A stretch of 64,000 nt of DNA from a bacterium. GTDB lineage: Bacteria > Patescibacteriota > Minisyncoccia > Moranbacterales > UBA1568. A model generated the notes under the pieces. The model was not told the origin of the DNA. It made no database searches and saw only the letters and a list, made by a program, of their open reading frames with translations. The stretch lies in the NCBI GenBank assembly GCA_021821305.1, contig JAKACP010000001.1:468349-532348 (forward strand). Reading direction: 5' to 3'. Positions 20,161 to 28,618 of the stretch are shown in pieces. The position numbers and the translations under genes are program-made. Position 1 is the stretch's first letter. Every line of letters begins with the position of its first letter.

Positions 20161-20694
20161 ATGAAGACAAATGATATGAAGAAATCTCTTATCTTGTCCG
20201 GTGTCCTCACGTTCGCCTTTATTTTCATCGGTGGAGTCATTGCGACTCCCGTGTCTGCGGGAAAACCGGATACGACCGGATTCAATCAGTTCGGATATAA
20301 TTATGGAGCCAGATTATTTAACGGATTGGCGGATGGCGTCGATAAGAATCTTGATGGAAAGGTGTGGGGCAGTCCGACGTATGCGAGTGACAGGGTTGTC
20401 ATGAAATGGAATGCGGCTTGGGATGCATGCAATGCTGCCGGGTACGATGATCCGGACGTCTGCGCCGGAGCCTGGACCGATAACGAATGGAACGGAAAAG
20501 GCAAGGATGGTTCGGGCGAGGTGTGGCACTATAAAATCATCTGGGTTGGGTCAGAAGCCGAACAGAGTCCTTATTGGAAAGATGGCGGGTATTCCGTCTG
20601 GGGAAATTATGAAGTCATAATGGACCAGGGTACGTTCGAGGGAGTGCATACGTGGTATGCGCATGGCATACCCAACGGATATGGGGCCGAATAA
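20161..20694 (+). CDS. secreted Trp-rich hypothetical protein (signal peptide)
   Basis: Signal peptide MKTNDMKKSLILSGVLTFAFIFIGGVIATPVSA; W/G/Y/D-rich mature part. GC about 48-50 percent, well below background; start of lower-GC island. Confidence 0.6.
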   Translation: MKTNDMKKSLILSGVLTFAFIFIGGVIATPVSAGKPDTTGFNQFGYNYGARLFNGLADGVDKNLDGKVWGSPTYASDRVVMKWNAAWDACNAAGYDDPDVCAGAWTDNEWNGKGKDGSGEVWHYKIIWVGSEAEQSPYWKDGGYSVWGNYEVIMDQGTFEGVHTWYAHGIPNGYGAE

Positions 20695-20847
20695 TTGCAG
20701 GTAACTGTCGAAAACAGCCATATTCTTGGCTGTTTTCGCTTTTTTATACGGAGGAAAATGATGCCACGCTATACTAATGGGCGGAGGGAGCACATCATTT
20801 CCCGACGGGTGGTGGCGACGGTTTTGAGGAAGACAGGGAGGTTGCCC

Positions 20848-20876
20848 TTGACAGAACCACAAAATTCTGCTATATT
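20848..20876 (+). promoter_or_regulatory. consensus sigma-70 promoter (TTGACA-17-TATATT) for the GT2 gene
   Basis: TTGACA 20848-20853, 17-nt spacer, TATATT 20871-20876. Lies inside the listed ORF 20695.., so the true GT2 start must be downstream. Confidence 0.55.
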
Positions 20877-20988
20877 CTCATGTCTGCGATTGCACAGGCA
20901 ATTGTATTTTTTTGGCTTATTTGATGCAGACCGCATCGGGTATTTATTCAATGGGCTCCCCAGGGGAGACTGGTACGGAAGCAACATT

Positions 20989-23283
20989 ATGAATGGTAAA
21001 ACCCTACATAAGAAAACACGTGGCACGCATGCTGTCCGTAAAAGACAATGGGGAACCGAGCGAGAGACTCTGCCGCTGTCCAATCTCCATGACCAACCTT
21101 CAAGCTACGCCGTCGTATTCAGCAGGCTTTCAATCGTCCTGACGATACTGTTTTGGGCGATGTATGTCATTTCGGTTGTTATCCGCCAACTTATCGATGG
21201 CCCCCAAAACTATCACTTTACTGTGGAAGCCTTCGGCTACCTTATCGTCGTAACCTTCCTGACTTTCTCGGCGTTGGTGTACTTGATCGCTCGACAGGGA
21301 GCGTTTCAGCGTTTCAGTGCGCATGTGCGTGTTCCGCGGGCCGTACTCGAGAGATATTTTTCTACTAACCAGCCATCGATTACCGTTCTGGTTCCCTCCT
21401 ATAGCGAGGAGACCCAGGTCATACGGAAGACGATGTTGTCCGCGGCGCTGCAGGAGTATCCCGATATCCGCGTGGTCCTTTTGCTCGATGACGATCCCGC
21501 GAGGGTTCGCCCAGAGGACGTTCCTCGGCTTGAAGCGACACGTGCGCTGAGCGGTGAAATCAAGGCTCTTCTCTCCGAACCGCACAAACGCTTCGATGAA
21601 GCGTTGGCGCGGTTTGAAGATGCTGATCTCAAGGATGAAGCATTGATCAGGAACTCTATTCCGGAAATAGCGCAACATTATAAATGGGCGGCGAAATGGT
21701 TGGAAAAGCTTGCGGAAAAGGAGGTGGCCGAAGATCATGTGGACATATTTTTTGCCGATCAGGTGCTGCGTGAGCTTGCTAAAGACCTACGTCTCGTCGG
21801 GGAAGCGCTGATCGCCTCGCATAAGGAAGGCGCGCGATTCTCTGCGGATCGCCTATTGCAGCTCTATCACCGGCTTGTGTGGATATTCAATGCGGACTTG
21901 GAAGTCTTCGAGCGGAAAAGATATGTTTCGTTGTCGCATGAGCCGAACAAGGCGATGAATCTCAATTCGTACATCGGACTCATGGGAAGCGCATATCGGC
22001 AGGAGCAGACACCCGATGGAATCGTCCTGGTACCGATGGCGCGCCGTAGAGGCGCGGACATGATCGTCCGTGACAGCGAGTTCATACTTACGTTGGATGC
22101 GGACTCCATTCTGTTGCGGGACTATTGTTCGCGTCTGGTCTACTTCCTGCAGCAGCCCGATAACGCGGATGTCGCGGTCGCACAGACGCCGTACTCCTCG
22201 TTCCGTGGCGCTCCTACGCGTATCGAACGGTTGTCCGGCGCCACGACCGACATCCAACACATCATTCACCAGGGAATGAGCCATTATGGCGCGACTTTTT
22301 GGGTGGGGGCCAATGCGGTCATACGAAAACGCGCCCTCGAGGATATAGTCGAGAAAGAATGGGTAGGCGGATTCGAGATAAAGAGATACGTACAGGATCG
22401 CACGGTCATAGAAGACACCGAGTCGAGCATCGACTTGGCGCTTCATGGTTGGAGACTGGTAAATTATCCGGAGCGCCTCAGCTATAGCGCGACACCTCCC
22501 GATTTCGGGTCCTTGGTCATACAGCGTCGTCGGTGGGCGAACGGCGGCCTCTTGATACTTCCGAAATTGTGGACGCTGCTTCGCGAACGCAAAAATCAGG
22601 GCAAGCCCGTATCGAAGGTCGAGTTCATGATCAGGCTCAACTACATGGCCTCTATCGCCTGGTCGAATCTTGGACTCGTGTTTCTTCTCATGTACCCTTA
22701 CGATGGACGGTTATTGAGCTCACTGGTTCTTCTTGCCGCGACACCCTACTTTTTGGCCATGGCTGCCGATTTGAAATACTGCCGCTACAACTATAGCGAC
22801 ATCGTCCGCATCTATGGTTTCAATCTGATACTGCTTCCGGTCAATATCGCTGGAACGCTTAAATCGCTGGAGCAAGCGTTGACTACTAAAAAAACACCGT
22901 TTGCTCGAACCCCGAAGGTCAAGGACCGGACAGCGGTGGCGTTGCCGTATGTCCTTTCGCCTCTGCTTATCGTCGGTTTCTCGTTCTTTACGTTGTGGCG
23001 CAATGTCGAAGGGGAGAATTGGGGGAATGCGGCATTCGCCGGATTCAATACCTTCGCGGCCACATGGGCTATCGTCTCGTATATCGGAATCAAAAATCTG
23101 TTTGTTGATGTGTGGCTCGGGTTGACGGACATGCTCTATGTCGAGACTGCTCCCGGCAAAGTGTCTCAAAAACCCGTCGAAACCGAATCCGAGTTCAATT
23201 GGAAGAGCGTGCTGTATCATGGAGAAGCAGGTGGCGTCGCACCCCATGAATCCATGAGCCGCGCGATGTTACATGAAAAGTAG
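20989..23283 (+). CDS. processive family-2 glycosyltransferase (cellulose/chitin-synthase-like beta-glycan synthase), polytopic membrane protein
   Basis: N-terminal TMs. GT-A core VLVPSYSEE…LLLDDDP…TLDADSILL (DxD)…IEDTES (TED)…QRRRWANGG (QxxRW). 4-5 C-terminal TMs. First in-frame ATG downstream of the promoter taken as start. Confidence 0.8.
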   Translation: MNGKTLHKKTRGTHAVRKRQWGTERETLPLSNLHDQPSSYAVVFSRLSIVLTILFWAMYVISVVIRQLIDGPQNYHFTVEAFGYLIVVTFLTFSALVYLIARQGAFQRFSAHVRVPRAVLERYFSTNQPSITVLVPSYSEETQVIRKTMLSAALQEYPDIRVVLLLDDDPARVRPEDVPRLEATRALSGEIKALLSEPHKRFDEALARFEDADLKDEALIRNSIPEIAQHYKWAAKWLEKLAEKEVAEDHVDIFFADQVLRELAKDLRLVGEALIASHKEGARFSADRLLQLYHRLVWIFNADLEVFERKRYVSLSHEPNKAMNLNSYIGLMGSAYRQEQTPDGIVLVPMARRRGADMIVRDSEFILTLDADSILLRDYCSRLVYFLQQPDNADVAVAQTPYSSFRGAPTRIERLSGATTDIQHIIHQGMSHYGATFWVGANAVIRKRALEDIVEKEWVGGFEIKRYVQDRTVIEDTESSIDLALHGWRLVNYPERLSYSATPPDFGSLVIQRRRWANGGLLILPKLWTLLRERKNQGKPVSKVEFMIRLNYMASIAWSNLGLVFLLMYPYDGRLLSSLVLLAATPYFLAMAADLKYCRYNYSDIVRIYGFNLILLPVNIAGTLKSLEQALTTKKTPFARTPKVKDRTAVALPYVLSPLLIVGFSFFTLWRNVEGENWGNAAFAGFNTFAATWAIVSYIGIKNLFVDVWLGLTDMLYVETAPGKVSQKPVETESEFNWKSVLYHGEAGGVAPHESMSRAMLHEK

Positions 23284-24889
23284 TTCAAATGCTATGAAAG
23301 AGTCCGGCGCGGAAAAAGTAAACATCGGCCCCAGAAGGCGACTGTCCCCATGGCGGGTCTTGAGCGCTATCCTGATAGTGGGCGGGCTTGTCTATGGAAC
23401 GACCCTTGGCTGGAGCGAACGGCGGGAAACCGAGTCCGCTGCCGTTCATAAGCCATGGTTTGCCGCCTATGTGGATGTGACATCCACTCCGGCGTATGCC
23501 TTTGAGCAATTGGGGTCGACTACGACACCCGCTGTCGTGCTTTCTTTTATCGTGTCTTCCGCATCCGATGCTTGCATGCCTACTTGGGGAACCCACTATA
23601 CGCTGGATGAAGCGGCAGCATCGCTTGATCTCGACCGCCGGATCGCCCGGCTCCAACAGCAGGAGGGCAGAATAGCGGTGTCTTTCGGGGGAGCGTTGAA
23701 TTCCGAGCTTGCCCTTGGATGCACGGATCCCGACAAGCTATTCGCCGCGTATGAATCCGTCATAGAACGCTATACTATCGATACCGTAGACTTGGACATC
23801 GAGAACCAGGCGCTGAAGGATATCGAGGCATCCAAACGCCGTGCAGACGTCATCGCACGGCTGCAGGAACATTATCGGAGCAAGGATAAAAATTTGGCGG
23901 TTTGGCTGACTTTGCCGGTGACTCCACAGGGCCTGACTCCGGAAGGTACGGATATTGTCGCTCAAATGCTCTCAAGCGGAGTGGATTTGGCCGGAGTCAA
24001 CTTGATGACCATGGACTACGGCGCAAGCCGTGCGGAGGGTCAGACGATGCTCGAGGCGTCCGAACGGGCCCTGATCGAGACACATCGCCAGCTCGGAGTG
24101 CTCTACAAACAGGCCAGGATCAATCTGAACGAAGGTTCGCTGTGGCGGAAGATCGGAGCGACGCCGATGGTCGGTCAGAACGATGTCGTGGAGGAGGTGT
24201 TCACGCTTGAAGACGCCAAGGCTTTCAATCTCTTCGCGCGCGACCGTGGCATCGGTCGGATGTCGATGTGGTCGGCCAATCGGGATATCCCTTGCGGAGA
24301 GAACTATGTAGACGTAAAAGTCGTTTCTGATTCGTGCAGTGGTGTAAAGGCTTCCAAGTTCAGTTTTGCTCAGGCATTGAGCGATGGGTTCGACGGGGAT
24401 CTCGCGCAGAGTGCCAATATTTTGACGACGGAAGACCCGGAAAGCAACACGTATGTGGTCGATGACCCGGAGAGAAGTCCGTATCAGATATGGCAAGGGA
24501 CGGGAGCGTACCCGAAAGGAGTGAAGGTCGTCTGGCATGGCAATGTCTACGAGGCGAAATGGTGGACGAAGAACGACCTGCCTGACAACCCTGTGTTGCA
24601 ATCATGGGAAACTCCTTGGCAATTGATCGGGCCTGTCTTGTCGGGCGAAAAACCCATTCAGCAGGCGACGCTTCCCAGTGGAACATATCCGAAATGGTCT
24701 GGAGAGGTCGTGTACGAGGGTGGCGACCGCGTGTTGTTCGAAGGCATGCCCTTTCAGGCAAAATGGTGGAATCAGGGCGAAAGCCCGGCCGCCTCTGCCG
24801 CTAATTCGGACAGTTCGCCTTGGATCCCGCTTACGCAGTCGCAAATCATGGACATACTCAAAGAGTTCGATGAAACTACAGAAGAATAG
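23273..24889 (+). CDS. GH18 chitinase-like glycoside hydrolase with N-terminal TM anchor and two C-terminal CBM5/12 chitin-binding modules
   Basis: GH18 catalytic motif IDTVDLDIEN (DxxDxDxE). C-terminal repeats YQIWQGTGAYPKGVKVVWHGNVYEAKWWTKNDLPDNP and GTYPKWSGEVVYEGGDRVLFEGMPFQAKWWNQGESP fit CBM5/12 (…Y.AKWW..G..P). Alternative start at 23294. Confidence 0.8.
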   Translation: MKSSSNAMKESGAEKVNIGPRRRLSPWRVLSAILIVGGLVYGTTLGWSERRETESAAVHKPWFAAYVDVTSTPAYAFEQLGSTTTPAVVLSFIVSSASDACMPTWGTHYTLDEAAASLDLDRRIARLQQQEGRIAVSFGGALNSELALGCTDPDKLFAAYESVIERYTIDTVDLDIENQALKDIEASKRRADVIARLQEHYRSKDKNLAVWLTLPVTPQGLTPEGTDIVAQMLSSGVDLAGVNLMTMDYGASRAEGQTMLEASERALIETHRQLGVLYKQARINLNEGSLWRKIGATPMVGQNDVVEEVFTLEDAKAFNLFARDRGIGRMSMWSANRDIPCGENYVDVKVVSDSCSGVKASKFSFAQALSDGFDGDLAQSANILTTEDPESNTYVVDDPERSPYQIWQGTGAYPKGVKVVWHGNVYEAKWWTKNDLPDNPVLQSWETPWQLIGPVLSGEKPIQQATLPSGTYPKWSGEVVYEGGDRVLFEGMPFQAKWWNQGESPAASAANSDSSPWIPLTQSQIMDILKEFDETTEE

Positions 24890-24953
24890 AACGTGCCAAA
24901 ATAAAGTGAAAGAAAAATCGCTCCGATACGATGTATCGGAGCGATAGCTGCTT

Positions 24954-25646
24954 CTAGTGGCGGTGGCCATGGTGATCGTGGTCATGATCAGCCTCCCTGT
25001 TTTTCCCTAGGACCGCGTCGGAGAGCGTCATGAAGACATATTTCCCGGTGCGGAGCCAGATGAAAAGCACGATCGCGAACGAGACGTAGACATCGGCGAG
25101 GGGGAATCCCGCCCAGGCGATCGCGATGCCGATGAGGGCCAAGACGCTGCCGCTTATGTCCGCCACGATGTGGAGTTTCTGCCATGCGTGGGTGATGTTG
25201 CGGTGCTCGTCGGGTGCCTCCTCGTGGATCAGGTACTGCCACGCGTTGACGCTGATCGCGGCTATGGCCATGACCGCGGCTCCGAGGATGTGGAGCTCGG
25301 TCGGTGCGTTGAGCCGTTCGAGGGCTTCCATGGCGATATACCACGCGATGATCGATATGAGGACGGCGCTCACCATCCCGCCGATCTTGCGTATCCGCCG
25401 CTCGTGGTCCGAGAACCGCGACTTGTGGGCGACGAAGGCCGAGAGGATGTTCTCGGTGCCGTCGAAGATCGTGTGGAAGGCGTCCGCGAGGAGCGCCATG
25501 CTGCCGGCGAGGATGCCTCCGGCGGCCTCGATGATAAACATGAGAAACGAGAGCTTGGCGAGCTTGATATATCGCGCGCTCTCCTCCTTGCAGACGCAGG
25601 TTCCGGTTTCTTGGTACCGGCACGCGGCGATGTGGCCATTTGACAT
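24954..25646 (-). CDS. cation diffusion facilitator (CDF) family transporter, TMD-only with His-rich C-terminal tail
   Basis: LLADAFHTIFD signature and 6 TMs. Only 230 aa (no cytoplasmic CTD); ends HDHDHHGHRH. N-terminal Cys cluster CRYQETGTCVCKEE. Confidence 0.8.
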   Translation of the reverse strand: MSNGHIAACRYQETGTCVCKEESARYIKLAKLSFLMFIIEAAGGILAGSMALLADAFHTIFDGTENILSAFVAHKSRFSDHERRIRKIGGMVSAVLISIIAWYIAMEALERLNAPTELHILGAAVMAIAAISVNAWQYLIHEEAPDEHRNITHAWQKLHIVADISGSVLALIGIAIAWAGFPLADVYVSFAIVLFIWLRTGKYVFMTLSDAVLGKNREADHDHDHHGHRH

Positions 25647-25822
25647 GATACGCCTCCTTTGACGTCGGTTGTGAAAAAACTGGTTCAGGGAAGTATGTGG
25701 GGAAACGGGTCTTGGGTCAAGCTCGGGACGACAGACTCGGGATTCTTGCCTTCCTCGGGGTTTTTTGATACCGTAATACTGTTCTGGGCCCCGAGGGTCG
25801 GAAGGGGCCCGTAGCCCCTCAC

Positions 25823-26098
25823 ATGGATTCGATTATGTTTTATGTGTATGTGTTAAAAAGCAGGAAAGACGCTAGTTTGTACGTCGGTTATACGAATGAT
25901 TTGAAAAGGCGTTTTGAAGAGCATAACAACGGAAAAAGTTTTGCTACCAAGAACAAAGCACCTTTTGAGATCGTTTATTACGAAGCGTATCAGTCGAAAA
26001 GCGATGCGAAGTATCGTGAAACGAATCTCAAAAGGCATTCTGGGGCATATACGCACCTGAAGAAAAGGATTCAAAACAGCCTTATCGAATCCATGTGA
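25823..26098 (+). CDS. GIY-YIG nuclease superfamily protein (UPF0213-like)
   Basis: FYVYVLKSRKDASLYVGYTNDLKRRFEEHN is the GIY-YIG motif. AT-rich gene ending 1 nt before tRNA-Ala. Alternative start at 25838. Confidence 0.75.
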   Translation: MDSIMFYVYVLKSRKDASLYVGYTNDLKRRFEEHNNGKSFATKNKAPFEIVYYEAYQSKSDAKYRETNLKRHSGAYTHLKKRIQNSLIESM

Positions 26099-26099
26099 G

Positions 26100-26172
26100 G
26101 GGCCTGTAGTTAAGTGGTACAACGCTGCATTCGCATTGCAGAGGCGGGAGTTCGATTCTCCCCAGGTCCACC
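26100..26172 (+). tRNA. tRNA-Ala (anticodon CGC)
   Basis: Manual fold: acceptor GGGCCTG/CAGGTCC with G3:U70 wobble (Ala identity); anticodon stem CTGCA/TGCAG; loop TTCGCAT (anticodon CGC); T-arm GGGAG-TTCGATT-CTCCC; discriminator A. CCA not fully encoded. Confidence 0.8.
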
Positions 26173-26246
26173 GAGAGAAACCAAACGGATTCCCCGGAAG
26201 GGGAAAGAGGTACTTTTACAACGTGTTTTCGAGGAAGGAGAACGTG

Positions 26247-27188
26247 ATGATCCGCTTTCTGATAGCAGTACTGCTTTTCCTGCCGTTCTCCCTCGGGAGG
26301 GCCGCGGAAGGGGATATTCGCCTCGTCTTCGGGGGAGATGTGACGCTGGCCGCGTGGTATCCGGAAGTCGTTCCGGACGCCCGCGATCATGAGTGGCCGT
26401 TCGCACGGCCACAGGAACTGTTCCGCTCCGCCGATGTCGTGATGGTAAATTGCGAGACGGCGATCACCCGTTCGGAGAAACGGGAGCCGAAACAGTTCAA
26501 CTTCAAGATGGATCCCGATCTCGTATCGGTGTTTCCGAAGAGCGGTATCTCGCTCGTGACACTCGCGAACAACCATGTCTACGACTACGGAGCAGAAGGA
26601 TTGCGCGATACCCTCGCGTATCTCGATCAGGCGGGCGTGGAGCATGTCGGCGCGGGGATGACCCTCGCCGAGGCTCGAAAGCCGGTCGTTCGCGATATCA
26701 AGGGGAAGAAGTTCACCTTTCTCGGCTACGGGAACTATTCCGCGGCGACGGAGAAGGGTCCCGGGACTGCCTATCGGCACCCCGAACATGTCGCGGAGGA
26801 TGTCCGTCTCGCGAAGAAGAATGGCGCCGATATCGTGATCGTCAATTTCCACTGGGGTCTCGAGCGGGCGACCGAGCCGACCGAACGCGATCGCGCGCTC
26901 GCCCGTCTCGCGATCGACAGCGGCGCCGACGTCATCGTCGGTCATCATCCGCACGTGCTCCAGCCGGTCGAGATCTACCGGGGCAAGGTGATCGCCTATT
27001 CGTTGGGCAATTTCGTCTTCGGTGGCAACCGACGTGCGGGCAAGAACAGCGCTTTGCTGGAAATCCTCGTCGTACCATCAGGTGGCATCGCTCACCGGCT
27101 CCTGCCGATACGGATCGATACGGCGGAGACGCGGTATCAGCCGTATCTTCTCGATCCGGCCACGACGCTCGCCGATCGCTCGAATTGA
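26247..27188 (+). CDS. CapA/PgsA-family metallophosphatase (poly-gamma-glutamate capsule synthesis-like)
   Basis: Signal peptide MIRFLIAVLLFLPFSLG, then GGDVTLA…ANNHVYDYG…GHHPHVLQP. The listed ORF start 26136 overlaps the tRNA; ATG 26247 chosen. Confidence 0.75.
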   Translation: MIRFLIAVLLFLPFSLGRAAEGDIRLVFGGDVTLAAWYPEVVPDARDHEWPFARPQELFRSADVVMVNCETAITRSEKREPKQFNFKMDPDLVSVFPKSGISLVTLANNHVYDYGAEGLRDTLAYLDQAGVEHVGAGMTLAEARKPVVRDIKGKKFTFLGYGNYSAATEKGPGTAYRHPEHVAEDVRLAKKNGADIVIVNFHWGLERATEPTERDRALARLAIDSGADVIVGHHPHVLQPVEIYRGKVIAYSLGNFVFGGNRRAGKNSALLEILVVPSGGIAHRLLPIRIDTAETRYQPYLLDPATTLADRSN

Positions 27189-27282
27189 CAGCAGGGCCTT
27201 CTCCTATGAGAAGGCTCTTTTTTTTATTTTTATAAAAAAACCGACCCGATGGTTTTCGGGTCAGGATGCGTCCGAAAGGCGT

Positions 27283-28332
27283 TTATCCTTTCGCGGTTTG
27301 ACGCAGGGTATATCGCGACAGGCGTTGGGCGAAGCGTCGGAGTTTGGGGATACCGCTCTCTTCGGCTTGCTTGCACCATGTCTGCAGGTGATCGAGGAGC
27401 TGTTCCTTGGAATGCGTGGAACGTTGCCACAAGGCGACGAGACTTTGTCGCAATGCGTCGATTTCCTCGGTCTTCGCGTGCATTTTCTTGGAGAGCCGGT
27501 CGAAACGGGCCAGTATGTCCAATCGGAGCGCGAGGACCGCCTCGAGTGTCCCGAAGTCGCACGCCTGTTTGGGCGCGACGAGCTTCACTTTCGGAGCGAC
27601 GCGCTTGACGTGCGCCAGGCCCAGCATCTGCATGGAGCGTATGTACAGCCAGCCGATGTCGAACTCGTACCACTTGTTCGACAGGCGTGCCGACGTGCAG
27701 TATGCGTGGTGGTTGTTGTGCAGTTCCTCACCGCCGATGAGAATTCCCCAGGGAAGTATGTTGGTACTCGCGTCTTCACAGGGAAAATTCCGGTAGCCCC
27801 GGTAGTGGCCGAGACCGTTTATGATTCCGGCGGCGGTGACGGGGATCCAAAGCATCTGAACCGCCCACATGGTGAGCCCGATGGGACCGAACAAGACGAG
27901 ATCGATCACGAGCATGAGGCCGACTCCTCGCCAGCTGTAGCGCGAGTAGAGGTGTTTCTCGATCCAGTCATCGGGAGTGCCGTGGCCGTACGTGGTCAGG
28001 GTCTCGGAATTCTTCGATTCCTTCCGATACAGTTCGGACCCCTGCAAGAGCACCGTCCCTATGCCGAGGATCTGCGGACTGTGCGGATCCTCGGGGGTCT
28101 CGCACTTGGCATGGTGTTTGCGGTGGATGGCGACCCATTCCTTGGTCACCATGCCGGTCGTGAGCCACAGCCAGAAACGGAAGAAGTGGCTGACGATGGG
28201 GTGAAGATCGAGCGCGCGATGCGCCTGGTGACGGTGGAGGAATATCGTCACGGATGCGATGGTGATATGTGTCAGGGTCAGCGTGACCAGCACGTATCCC
28301 CACCAGGGAAGTGCGACGAGGCCGATATGCAT
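27283..28332 (-). CDS. membrane fatty-acid desaturase (delta-9-type, three His boxes) with C-terminal extension
   Basis: HRHQAH, HRKHH and HNNHH histidine boxes; N-terminal TMs; about 100-aa soluble C-terminal tail. Confidence 0.8.
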   Translation of the reverse strand: MHIGLVALPWWGYVLVTLTLTHITIASVTIFLHRHQAHRALDLHPIVSHFFRFWLWLTTGMVTKEWVAIHRKHHAKCETPEDPHSPQILGIGTVLLQGSELYRKESKNSETLTTYGHGTPDDWIEKHLYSRYSWRGVGLMLVIDLVLFGPIGLTMWAVQMLWIPVTAAGIINGLGHYRGYRNFPCEDASTNILPWGILIGGEELHNNHHAYCTSARLSNKWYEFDIGWLYIRSMQMLGLAHVKRVAPKVKLVAPKQACDFGTLEAVLALRLDILARFDRLSKKMHAKTEEIDALRQSLVALWQRSTHSKEQLLDHLQTWCKQAEESGIPKLRRFAQRLSRYTLRQTAKG

Positions 28333-28520
28333 GGATGCTCTCCTTTTGTGTCAGAGGGTTGTCAAAGAAACTGCTAAGAGCCTGTTGAAAAAGTCCGTAT
28401 TCTGCTGCAATCCCGGAATTCCGGCTGCAAAATCCGTGCATCTCGTCGGGTTATATTCCATATAGCCCTCCTCCATCCCCGAATTTTTCGCTCGGGATTC
28501 CAGGATTTCGCGACGAAAGA

Positions 28521-28542
28521 GACTTTCTCAACAGGCTCTGAG
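28521..28542 (+). promoter_or_regulatory. conserved 22-nt intergenic motif GACTTTCTCAACAGGCTCTGAG (copy 3 of 4)
   Basis: Matches the motif family; mini-hairpin gaga-ctt-tctc shows compensatory changes relative to copies 1 and 2. Confidence 0.4.
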
Positions 28543-28565
28543 AGTATAGGATACTTTTTCGTATT

Positions 28566-28592
28566 TACAAAAAAACCGCTTCGACAATTGCT
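28566..28592 (-). terminator. rho-independent terminator downstream of the PIN-PhoH gene (minus strand)
   Basis: ccgcttcgaca-attgc-tgtcgaagcgg perfect 11-bp stem. T-run on the minus strand (aaaaaaa on plus at 28559-28565). Confidence 0.55.
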
Positions 28593-28618
28593 GTCGAAGC
28601 GGGGAGCGGATGTGCCGA

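Noticed and set aside
20695-20988. First 98 codons of the listed GT2 ORF
   Set aside because: They contain a consensus TTGACA-17-TATATT promoter (20848-20876), so translation cannot start upstream of it. First downstream in-frame ATG used.
26136-26246. Start of the CapA-family ORF at 26136
   Set aside because: Would overlap tRNA-Ala (26100-26172). The signal peptide begins at the ATG at 26247.
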